From: Chrysomallon squamiferum
Taxonomy: Eukaryota; Animalia; Mollusca
Assembly: GCA_012295275.1 (NCBI GenBank)
Contig: CM022669.1
Coordinates: 5,022,001 to 5,086,000 of the forward strand
DNA: 64,000 bases
Direction: 5' to 3'
Below the pieces are notes generated by a model. That model ran no database searches. It was not told where the DNA came from and was given only the letters and a program-made list of their open reading frames with translations. The translations under genes and the position numbers were made by a program. How positions within the stretch are numbered: position 1 is the first letter of the stretch; the number at the start of each line of letters is the position of its first letter. Below are positions 1-11,807 of the stretch, one piece after another.

Positions 1-83
1 ACTGTTATGATATATTTCTTTTACCTTAAAAGAATGGAAAATCCTAGAGTTTATTTTGTTCTGTTCTATTCTGTTATTATTAC

Positions 84-132
<49 letters not shown>

Positions 133-253
133 TTAATTTAATTTTTAAAATTTATTTTATTTCATGTGGTGATATTTATAAACATCTGTTAATTTATTCT
201 AATTGAATATTATTAATCCTAGGATTAATTAGCACTAAAATATCTGTTTTCAG

Positions 254-1335
254 GACAGAATTCCATGGCTGGTTGAAATTCACCAGTTTATCAAAGAGTG
301 AGTAACAATAATTAGTTCATTTCTTAATCAAACATGTTGTCATAGTTGTAGAACTTTTTTTTTTTACATTTTTTATATCACACTAAATATATTTTTAATC
401 TTCAGTTGTTACTTGACTTGATCCATACAGTTTAAGATAACATAGATTAAAAAAAAAAAATGTGAAACCCACTTATGCCACTCAAAGAGCAACTATCTCT
501 TTTGACGTAGCAGTAAGTGGAGCTTTATCTGTACCTTCTCACAGACAGACAAATATATATCATAATCTTTGATAAAATAATCATGGGGTACTGGTTTGGA
601 TGGGAGATAGTGGATTGTAGCTCAGATAATACTTGTGGTGGCTGTGGCTGCAAAAATGTGGATGAGATTGGAGTAGACAAAATATAATAATATCAGTAAG
701 AAAAAATTTGATGAAACAAGCAGGCTCAGTCTGTATAGAATATGGAAATAATTTATTTTACTATTTATTTATTTAGCTTTTTATTTAATTTTTTACCTGT
801 ATTTTTAATTTTTATTTATTATCATTTTGTTCATGAAAATATTTATTTATTTATTTATATATTTTAACTTGTTATTTATTTATTATTATTTTTTTTTTTA
901 ACTTGTTATTTATTTATTTATTTATTTATTTATGTATTCTATTCTGTTTTTTAATTATTATTTATTATCATTTTGTTCATGGATTTATTTATCTATTTAT
1001 TTTACAGATTATATTCATGTCATGAAAACGGAGTTATAGCTTGTTCAGCTTTAAAAAGGATGTACAGAAACGTTCTATTAACGGGGGAGGTAACTCTAAA
1101 AAACTCAGATTCATTAATTAGCTCTGTTCTGTTTGTGTATCTCCATGGTGATCGCAGGGTCTTGGAAGAGCGAATGGTCAGCAGAGAGGGACACTTTATG
1201 CCAGTCACTCTGCTAGACTCACAGCTGGACATATTAGAAGTACCTGGAGAAAATGAACATTCACTGACCATCAACATTGACCAGTCAGTGGACAGTATTG
1301 TTGCATATATTGTATCACATTCTGGAGTTTCTTAA
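254..1335 (+). CDS. IDNK: Gluconokinase, last two coding exons (254-297, 1008-1335); 5' part lies upstream of the window
   Basis: Spliced translation DRIPWLVEIHQFIKE|LYSCHENGVIACSALKRMYR...FVYLHG...REGHFMPVTLLDSQLDILEVP matches gluconokinase motifs (DRxPWL, ACSALKxxYR, HFMPxxLLxSQ). GT-AG intron with consistent phase 2; stop TAA at 1333-1335. Confidence 0.9.
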
Positions 1336-2008
1336 ATATAATGTATGAAACTGTGTTACAACTGACGTTTTCTTTATTTTGATATAAACAAAAACAATGT
1401 ACTATGTATATCTTTTTACGACATTGCATTTTATAATTTATCTTTTGGCCAAAGTATCATGAATCAAAACACAGCAAAAAAAAAAAAAAAAAAAAAAAAT
1501 AAAAAAATAAAATAAAATAAATAAATAAATAAATAAAGAAGAAAAAGAAGAAAAACCAAAAAAAAAAAAAAACAATCCAAAAACCCCCATGAAGTGTCTT
1601 GCATTGTTTTTCTCAGGAACCACCTAACTCTAGGATCCCTCTATCAGTTACAATGTATAAGCACATATATATATAGCAAAACAAACTGTATTAATAACAC
1701 GTTCCCACATATTGACAAGTCTCTACTCGTGTTCAGTGCATGTCACTTCCCATTACAACAAACATAATTTATGTATAAATACAAGTTTCGGCAATAAATT
1801 AATCCATCTATTTATCAAGTAATCTGTGTTTAACATGTTTAAAGAATTTAAAAAATAGTGTTTTACAGCACTTGTATTGCGAGAGGCAAAGGAAATGACG
1901 TCATAACAGGTGTCATGATTTTCAATGTTATTAACTTAAGAAGTCATCTTAAAAAATATAATAATAAAAGAAAAGATTTTGGATTTCGGTGATCGAAATA
2001 AATGTTTT

Positions 2009-2111
<103 letters not shown>

Positions 2112-2412
2112 ACATACATTCAGAAGAGAATTATGATGCCGTGAACTGCACACTAAGTCAATGTTTAATCAGAGGACATTTCATTTGATTACTAATAACA
2201 GTTAATTTATGACAGTCACATATGTCAGGATAATGGAATTTAGACTGTATATCTGTAAGTATTTGGTTTACGTAATCAAAAGTACAAATAATAAATACAA
2301 TAATAAACTTTAAAAAAAAATTATTAAAAAAAAGAAGAAATAGGGTGTGTATTTGTTTTCGCTGAATACCTTTAGTTGAACGGAACTGTTGCACAGTTAA
2401 GAAAGAAGCAAA

Positions 2413-3161
2413 ATGAAGTGCTGGATTTTGTTGGTGATTTTCTCTGTTGGCACCAGCAGAAGCTGGGATGAACGTAAGCCGAAGAAAACTATTTTTTGTT
2501 AAATTTTTACTTTTTACTTATTATTATTATTATTATTATTATTATTGAAAAACGGCACTGTATGGCTTCTGATAAGAATCAAGTAATTTAATTTATGTGG
2601 TCTGAATTGATAATTCTTCTATTATAAGTTTTATACATACATACATACATACATATATATATATATGTATGTATGTATGTATAAAACTTATATTATATAT
2701 ATATATTATTACAGAATTGCTGCCAGGAAAACTGTATAATGATTCTGCATGCCACGGTTCTGCTGGTGACATTTTACTGAGTCCATCTTGCTCAGAAGGA
2801 GAACGAATAGCGATTAACACCCTGTATGCCAATGCAAAACCACGGGAAACAGGCTGCCCGGATAAAATGACAGTAGCTACCAAAAATCGCACCGACTGTT
2901 GTGTGTACGACATCGGAGACTGCAGAGACGAATACAACGGCACCTCAAAGCTCAAGTATTATTCCACATTTACCGGAAAACAGACAGATAAAAAACAAGC
3001 GGCAGGTCAGAAAACGTCCGACAAATGTCAGTCGGTGAGGGATTCTACAAATTACATGATGACAACGTTTTACTGTATAAGTGGTAAGTCGGTTCTTTTT
3101 TAAAATTACAAATGAAACTGGTCGAGCGCAATAAAACAATTGTTATCTGGTAATAATAACA

Positions 3162-3206
<45 letters not shown>

Positions 3207-4708
3207 TTTAATAGCTGAAAGATACGAAAATTTGCCATTAATTTGTTAACTGACGATGAAAAGTAATCAAGAAAGCATATGACATAATTTTATTATTAGA
3301 CAAAAATTCGCATTTCAGTAATATGATATGATTATCATTTCTGTAATTTATTCTGTTTTAGACTTACTTTAGGAATATATATATATAATATTGTTCTCTT
3401 TTACTTCAGAAAATGTGACTGTTAATATTGAAAGCGATCAGTTGGTATCAGCGGAAACAGTTTACCTTCTAAACTGGGAATACCCTAATCCGATCAACAT
3501 CAGCACACCACTGAGTAACTGCAGTGTATCCGTCCCTTGCTACAGCAACATCATCATCACCGTCATTGACCTGGCACTGCAGAATAGCTCAGTCTGTTTG
3601 CAAGCCCTGGACGTCGTCGACGGAGGCATGAATACAACGTTTACGTGTGATGATAACAATGAGTATGAAATAAAGGAAATATATAGGAGTTCGTCACGGT
3701 TTATTAATATAATACTTCGAAACGAACAACAACTGAGTGATGGCAAACTGTGGCTTCAGCTAAATGGTCAGAAGCTGTCCAAGATTTTGTGTTATTGTAT
3801 TTTCTAGTAATACGCTTACAAAACTGATTTTACAAATGTTATAACAGAAGCAATTCCTACCTATAACAATAACAACAACAGCAACAACAACAACTTTAAT
3901 AAATAATATTACAAAAATCTATAAATAAAAATCTATCTATCTATCTACCTGTCCATCTATCTATCATTTTCAACATCACATCTCTATTATATTTATTATT
4001 ATTATCATTTCAATATAATTTTATAGCTACGACTCCCGGGGTCCCGGTGACTCTGGCTTGTGGGTCGAGTGTACAATCCCCACCACCAACTTGTTCACCT
4101 ACCACCCCTGCTTTAGAAAAAAACAAAGGTAATGAAAGGACAATTATAAACACACACACACACACAGAAAGACAGCCAGTGAAGAATATTTTTGTAGATA
4201 AAAAATGACTGATAACTTCACACACACAAACGCGCGCGCTCGCAAACACATAAATGTTACAATTTTTTTAAACTTTTATTTTTCAGATCCGTCTCCAGAC
4301 TTGGCACCAGAAATACTTGCAGTTATTATCATTTTCGTGATTATTTTAGCTGTGGTCTTTTTCGTCGTTATATTTCTCTGTTACAAGAAGTCACAAAACA
4401 AAGTAAGAAGGAACAGTGATAAAATAATAGTTGTTGCAGTAGAGGTAGTAACAATAGTGGTATAACAGTTGTATTATGAATAACAGCAGTCGTAGTAGCA
4501 GAATTAGTAATAGCAATAGTAGTAGTGGTGGTGGTAGCAGTATAAGTAGTATCTTTACAAATAGCAAAAATAGCAAAAGTAGCAGCAAAACATATATTAA
4601 CAGATAAAAACAGAATAATACATTTTCATGGTACGTAAGAGCCAGTTTGGTTCTGTTTCTAATTCATTCTGCTAAAATTATATTTATCATGGCTACAATT
4701 ACAGACAT

Positions 4709-4758
<50 letters not shown>

Positions 4759-5032
4759 TAACAACAACAACAACAACAGTAATAATAATAATAATAATTT
4801 TCAGAAAAAAGAAGACGTTCCTGAAAACGAGGCTTCAGTAAACAAAGTATTTTGTCTTAATGCTTTGTTTCAGAAAACTCGTGTAGGACCTGACGGAAGT
4901 CCATCGGACATGAACGAAAGCAACCTTCCCTCACAGAATGTTGACTTTGAAGCATTGCCTACAGCCGGAAGTGCAAAGGAATTACCTTCCCTGAAAGCCC
5001 CCGGAGCGACAGTGATGGCGACTACGAAGTGA
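2413..5032 (+). CDS. Uncharacterised type I membrane protein (~410 aa): signal peptide, Cys-rich SUEL/lectin-like domain, CUB-like domain, P/T-rich stalk, TM, cytoplasmic tail. Exons 2413-2473, 2715-3083, 3410-3766, 4027-4128, 4287-4402, 4805-5032
   Basis: Signal peptide MKCWILLVIFSVGTSRS; symmetric phase-1 domain exons with GT-AG sites; CUB-like pattern YP..C...I.VIDL.L...C...L.VVDG...C...GKLWLQL; TM ILAVIIIFVIILAVVFFVVIFLC followed by YKK. Domain names are by resemblance only, and the 3' end is uncertain (see findings). Confidence 0.75.
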
Positions 5033-5215
5033 CGAAGTTGCCGATAAATGAACATTTCGTTAATTTGCCTTAAATTATTTACTACGTTATACGGACCACA
5101 ATAAACAGTGATGTAAAATATTATTAATAAAGGATTAATCCGTATTTTTAGTCAAAGCTAACTGATCTTCTCTGTAAAATAGTACTATTCTCACTAATTT
5201 TTATTATATTATAGC

Positions 5216-5261
<46 letters not shown>

Positions 5262-5937
5262 TTGATCATCGTTATCATCATTATCAATATTATTATTGTT
5301 ATAGAAATGAACTATAGCCAGATCTCTCGTGAATCTATAATCAATTATTTGTATAATTTCCAAAAATAAATTACTTAACAAACATTTAGCTTTATTACAT
5401 CATTATTTTATTTTATTTTATTACTACTGCTGCTACTACTACTTCTACTACTACCACAACTACAACAAGAACAACTACTACTACTGCAACTAATATTGCA
5501 CAAATTCACAAATTCATTGACTGTAAGAATAATTTTGACTGCAGTTTTCATTTTATAATACAGACGATAGTATTATAAATTGCTGGTGCTCATATAAAGC
5601 AGTGGCGTGCAGAGGGGGGAGCCGAAGGGGCGGTGGCCCCAATGCATCGATATGGGGGGGGCATCGAATCAGAGAAAAGAACTTAACAAATTTGGTCGAT
5701 TTATATTTAAATCGAATAAAGTGTTTATGTTTCATCTGTGTTTACATATTCAAAATATCTTCCTTTCTCATAATATTTCTCAGTACTAGGCCTTAAACTT
5801 GAGTCTTTGCGGCATACAATCGAGGATTTGTCCCAGCGCATCATCAGACTTCTGCACAGCACTGATGTAAGGTATGATGTACAGCATGTTTTGTGATGCC
5901 TTTGTTTCTTAATATTAGGCACATCACTGTTAAGTTT

Positions 5938-5981
<44 letters not shown>

Positions 5982-6389
5982 CTGCTGCTGTCCAAGATAT
6001 TTCTGAAAATACCATTTTTAGCCACAATATTATAGCGTAAAACCTCGATTTTTGGTTGGACTAAGTAAGTAAATAATATTAATCAAGGATACAACAATAT
6101 GTTCATTTCGGAAGAGTTTCTGGTTTACTGTTAAAAGATGCTTAAATACGCCGGATATTGAGTGAATTCCTGTTTCGACAGAGTTCTGCGTTGAGATGTG
6201 TGTGTGGGTCTGTGTGATTAACACCAACAGCTACAGTGAGACGATAATGATGTACATTTTAATCCTACAGTCGTAGGTTGATTTACGCAATAAAGATTTT
6301 TATTTATCATATTTGTCAATCTTATTATTACTGCATTATAAATTAAGTTTAATATTTTATGATTTAGTGAAATTCTAACCAAGTGATAG

Positions 6390-6710
6390 ACCGGTTTTGA
6401 AGTAATTTAAACTGAGCCGAATGACGGAACATATCGACGTATTCCGAAACGTCGCTACGAACTTTACCGATTGCAACCGGATATAGCAGACGTAAAAGAT
6501 GTGAAAGTAGGCAAGTATTATGAATTCCAAGAAATATTTTGTAGTGTTCTGTTGTTTAATACAAAGAAATCTGCTACTTTTATTTTGTCTTCATGTAGTT
6601 TCATGTTGAAGTAGTTATTCTGAGTGATCCCAGAGGCTGTTACCTTATATGGAAGCAAATTTTTCTAAATCAGTAGATCCGGGAATGCACTTATTTTTCT
6701 TGTGAAACAT
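6390..6710 (+). promoter_or_regulatory. Putative promoter / 5' non-coding region of JAK copy 1 with a GAS-like site
   Basis: Locally CpG-rich at 6390-6495; TTCCAAGAA at 6525-6533; splice acceptor at 7171 just before the ATG implies an upstream non-coding exon. Confidence 0.4.
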
Positions 6711-7191
6711 CATAAACATGTAACATTGTAAGTTAGTAAGATACCAACAGAAGTAAGGAAATATATCATCTGGATGCTTAAAAAACCCGTCGATGTAACA
6801 GGTCAGACTTTTATAAGATGTGTAATAAATGTGTGTCATTGTTTTTAATCGTTATTTGTTGCTTATTTTTATTTGAGCATTAAAATATTAAATTGCAAAT
6901 TAAAATTTGTCACGTTCATTCAGCATTGGCATTTTAAGTTAAAAGCGGTGTGATTTACATAAATACTTTGATAGAAGAAAGTGTTAGAGCTGCAGTAAAC
7001 TTTGAATTCATAATATAATGTTGATAATTATAAACTATATATTTTATTTACTTATTTATTTTGTAATGAAATTTGTATTTTAAATATTATTACTATCGTT
7101 GTTATATTATTATTATTATTATTAATTTCATTTTAATTTTATTAAAGAATCATCACAATTTATATTTTCAGATTAAAACTAAATAATTACA

Positions 7192-10100
7192 ATGATTCGG
7201 TCAAGCAAATCATCTCGCCATGAAGAGAGTTTCACAGGTTTGAAAATTCACTTCTACGGACGTATAAATCCTTTAATAATTCCAGTTTCTGACTTTCCCA
7301 TCATTGTTGAAGATGTTTGCGTTTTGGCAGCAGAACATGTAAGCTCATGCGTGTGTCAGGAAGCAGAACAGAAAGCATCAGACAGAAAACTAAAAAATGA
7401 AACTAGGTTGCAATCTTTGTTTTTATCGATGTTTGGTCTGGTGAATATGGATCACAAGCTGTGGCTGAGTTGCAGAGAGAAGCTGACAGCTACTCATCAC
7501 TATCACAAAGAATGCTTCTTCAGAATCAGATTTAGAATTTATGACGGAAAGTTGGATGCCTTGGCAGACATGGATCCTCTGATGCTTGATTACTTCTACT
7601 GGCAGTGCAGAGATGACTTTCTAAATGACAGGTTTTCCTCGCTGTACGGCAAAGATGTCGAAGTAAGCAAACAGCTTGGTCTCATGGTTATGGACTTGAT
7701 GATTCCTGACAGTTCCAAACAGCTGAAAAAAGTGCAAGGTCCATCAGATAAACAGTCCCCAATTCAAGTGTGTATAACCTTTGCTAGAAACAACCTCTCC
7801 TGGCGATGTCTTTGGAAACATCTTCCAAGAAGTCTGAGAAGAAAGTATTGCTGCAATCCATGGCATTACATCAGGCTGTATTTTAGTCTGCGTTCTGAGC
7901 TGCTGTCAGATTTTCCAAAAAACATTTGGGCTGATGTCACAGAGTTGAAAAAATCCTACATAAGAGGAGTGCTAGAATATGTGCCAAACTATGGGACTGA
8001 GAAGTATAAAGTGATGTTTCTCAAAGAAGATGGAAAAATTGGCAAACTGGAGGAACTTCTGGTGGATGTGTATGAATCGCGTCCTCGTGGAGTTTTTACT
8101 GTTGTTCATGTATGTATGTCTTTTTCTCTGTGTATGTTTGTATGTATATGTGTCTTTTGTTGTGTATGTATGTGTGTGTATATGTATATATCCACGTGTG
8201 TCCTTTTCTATGTGTGTTTATGTATGTATGTGTGTCCTTTTCTATGTGTGTGTGTCTTTATGTATGTATGTAGTATGTATGCATGCAAGTGTCCTTTTCT
8301 GTGTGTATATATTTATTTATGCATGTATTTATGTGTGTATGTGTCTGTATATATTTCAGGATTTGAATATTCTCTATCTTATGTAAATCTGAATATACTC
8401 TGCATGTAGACAATATTTGGGAAAGCACTGGTGCAGGAGGACAAAGTCCAATCACAACCTAATAAATCCCATATGACATCCATTTGCCTGCACTCCTTTC
8501 GGTCATTATGTATGTAATTGTGTGTGTGTGTGTGTGTAGATATTAGTTGTTTTTTGTTTGTGTGTTGTACGTTATACATGTTTATATGTATGTATGTATG
8601 TGTACATATAAAGTGTGTAAATATAAAGTTTTGCATGTATTATTTGTAAAGTCATCATATTCGTTTCAATTCTCAGAAGAACAAACACATCTGTTCATGA
8701 TAATGATTTATAAAGATAAATGAAACTATTCTGGACAGTGGATTATGTGAAAGTGATCTTTGATATTTCCTACTTGTAGAAAGTTAATCACATATCACAA
8801 CCTTTTATATATTTTGTTGTAATGTTAAACTCCTAACAGCTGTAATGATACACAAAACTTCAGTGGATAAAAAAATGATGTCCCTCTCAGTTATAACTTG
8901 CTCCAACTTTACTAAAAATTAATGAATGAAAATCTCATTTACGAACAACATTTTGTTTTATTGATTTTGTCCATTTTGGGTTTTTCCTAGATATATAGAG
9001 TGGCAGTGTTTAAATACTGAAGTTGTTGACAGCAGGAAAAGAAAATATCTTGAAAAATAGATCTGATTACTCAGACTTATAATTAATGTGTATTTTAACA
9101 AACTGAACTAGGTTTAGAAGTCTGAAGCTGAATGGAAAGTCTATGTAAAATATCATTTGCTGCTAATAACCTAGCAAAGGCAGTAAAGATTCTTCAAACT
9201 GAAATAATTTCAGTGTTTGACACACAGATTCATATTTATTAAATGTAGCAAGCCCCTGAACAAAAACACAGTTTGTATTAAATATATATAGTAATATGTA
9301 TATCAGTTTAAGTAGCATGATAGTTCAAGTTGAGCTGTTTTTAAGTTATGCATATATTAAGCAGTGTGTGTGTGTGTGTGTACACACACCCATGACAATT
9401 TTTTCTTAATATATAAAATTACAAAATTTATTATTTTTATTTTCAGGGAATTGTACAGTTTGAACATTTGCAAAATATATCGATGACAACATCGGGACTG
9501 GAAAAATTTGGAGGAAAAGTTCATATTGATGAATCACAGGGCCTGCCAAAAGTTTGTTGTTTTTTGCTACATTTATTTTTATTATTTTATATAATTAATT
9601 AATTATTATTTGTTTTATTTTTGAGATGTGATGACTTGATTGTAAATCTAGATGTCTGTTGTATTTAGGTGTGTATGTGATGTGAATGTATGTATTTTTA
9701 TGTTTACAGATGCAATGTGTCTGTATATGTTGTGTGTTTGAGTTTATGGATACAGTGTGTTTGTGTGACAGGGTGTGTGTGTTGGTGTGAGTGTGTTATA
9801 CTTATTGTTAGAAAGTTTAAAGTCAAAGATAACATTTGCTGCTTTGTAGATCATGTTCTTTCAAACCAAAGAAGAAGCAGATTCATTCGTATCTGGTGTT
9901 GTTGGATTTTTCCGACATCTGCATGACTACTACAACATCTTGTGTAAAACAGTGGAACCACCAAGCCTGGAGCTAGTGAACAATTTAAAAAGCTATGGAC
10001 CAATGACGTGTGTACCATTTCTTTATGAATAACTATAATTATTTAATTTTATCTGAAATATTTTGGTTATAAATGTCATAGTGTGTGAGATATTTTAGTT

Positions 10101-11770
10101 ATAAATATTGTGTGTGTGATATTTTAGTTACGTCAGTGTGTGTGATATTTTAGTTATGTCATAATGTTTGTGATATTTTAGTTATAAATATTGTAGTGTG
10201 TGATATTTTAGTTATAAATGTTGTAGCATGTGTGATATTTTAGTTATAAATATCATAGTGTGTGTGATGTTTTAGTTATAAATGTCATAGTGTGTGATAG
10301 TTTAGTTATAAATGTAGTGTGTGTGATATTTTAGTTATAAATGTCAGTGTGTGTGATATTTTTGTTTTAAATGTTTATTCTACAGTGTATTGTATATATT
10401 GTCTTTCTATAAAAAGATTTTCCAATTTTTCAAACACTGTCAATAAAGATTTAAAACCCAATAAAATAAATGAAATCAGTAACTAAATAAATGCATTTGA
10501 AAAGAAGTAAATTCACAAACAAATGAATGAGTGAATAAATAAATAAATAAATAAATAAATGAAAATTTAAATAAATAAAACTATAAATAAATAAGTATAT
10601 AGACTAGTTCTGAAAATGTAAATAGATAAATAAATAATTTGAAATTGTTGTTATTACAGAGATGAACAAGCCTGCACAATACTGAGGGCAGAACTAAGTG
10701 TCAAAGAAAGCAAGCCAAGTTTGACAAACTCGACTTTCTTTCTCATACACCAGAATGATACAGATCTTTACAAATTTACTGTTTTGAGCAAGACTGAGAA
10801 CCAAGAACAGTTTGAGAAAAAACACATATCCTACAAGAATGGGAAATTCACCCTGCAGTCAGAAGGTGCAGATCCCAAACAGTTTGTCAATTCAGTGTCT
10901 CTGCTTCAAGAACTGAGAGCTGCTGGCAAACAGATTCGTCCCCAGACTGGCACAGGTAAAAATAAATTATTTTAACATTGAGTTATTAAAATTGTCTGGT
11001 ATATTAATTACTGGATCCAGGTAACATGTCCCTTATCCAAAAATTCTTGATCATTAATAATCTCCAGAGAAAAATGATGTATTGTAAGTTGGTGACATTT
11101 GTTTTATTGTTAAATATTGTCTTGGATTGATTATGTTGCAGATAGTGGTATTTGTGAGATATTTAAGGATGACCTCATTAATTACTACTATCGAGCTGAA
11201 AACAGACAGACAGACAAACAGACAAGGGAGCCAATGTTCTTCACAGATCAGCACATTAGTCCATCAGATATCAAACATTTGTGTAAGCTGACAATTTTCT
11301 AGTGAATGACATATACATATCACACACACACACACACACACACGCACATGTGCATGTGAAGGGCTTAGTTCAGGGGTCTTTGATCTCAGTTCAGTTTCCA
11401 GGCATGAAAAATAAATAAATATTACCAGTAATAAATTCATCATTTCAAAGGTAATCATTTCTTCACTCTTTTCCTTCATTACTGACTCTTGATAAACTTC
11501 ATTTCACATTTGTGTTTGGTTATTCCTCACCCTATCTTATTTCTGTTACTAGTCAACATTTTGAATCATAATAGACTCTTAGATATTTATCAACCCTTTG
11601 GATAGTGCTATTTACCCTCTGGAGTTGATCCTTGGATTAAACAATTCAGACATTCATATATCAGTGTATATCCAAATTCATCTGTTATTCATTACAAACT
11701 GGCACATACATATGGAAATCAAAAAGATAAATATTTATTATATTACATGCTGGAAATTTTAAAGAATTTT

Positions 11771-11807
<37 letters not shown>

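Noticed and set aside
5599-5675. G-rich island cagtggcgtgcagagggggg... (also ~26500) as a G-quadruplex regulator or complete transposon
   Set aside because: Resembles one end of a common invertebrate MITE; no partner end or TSD found and no functional evidence.
8110-8409. Cys/Val/Tyr-rich hydrophobic C-terminus of ORF 7192..8409 suggesting a membrane-anchored JAK
   Set aside because: Read-through into the TG-rich intron after the donor at 8110.
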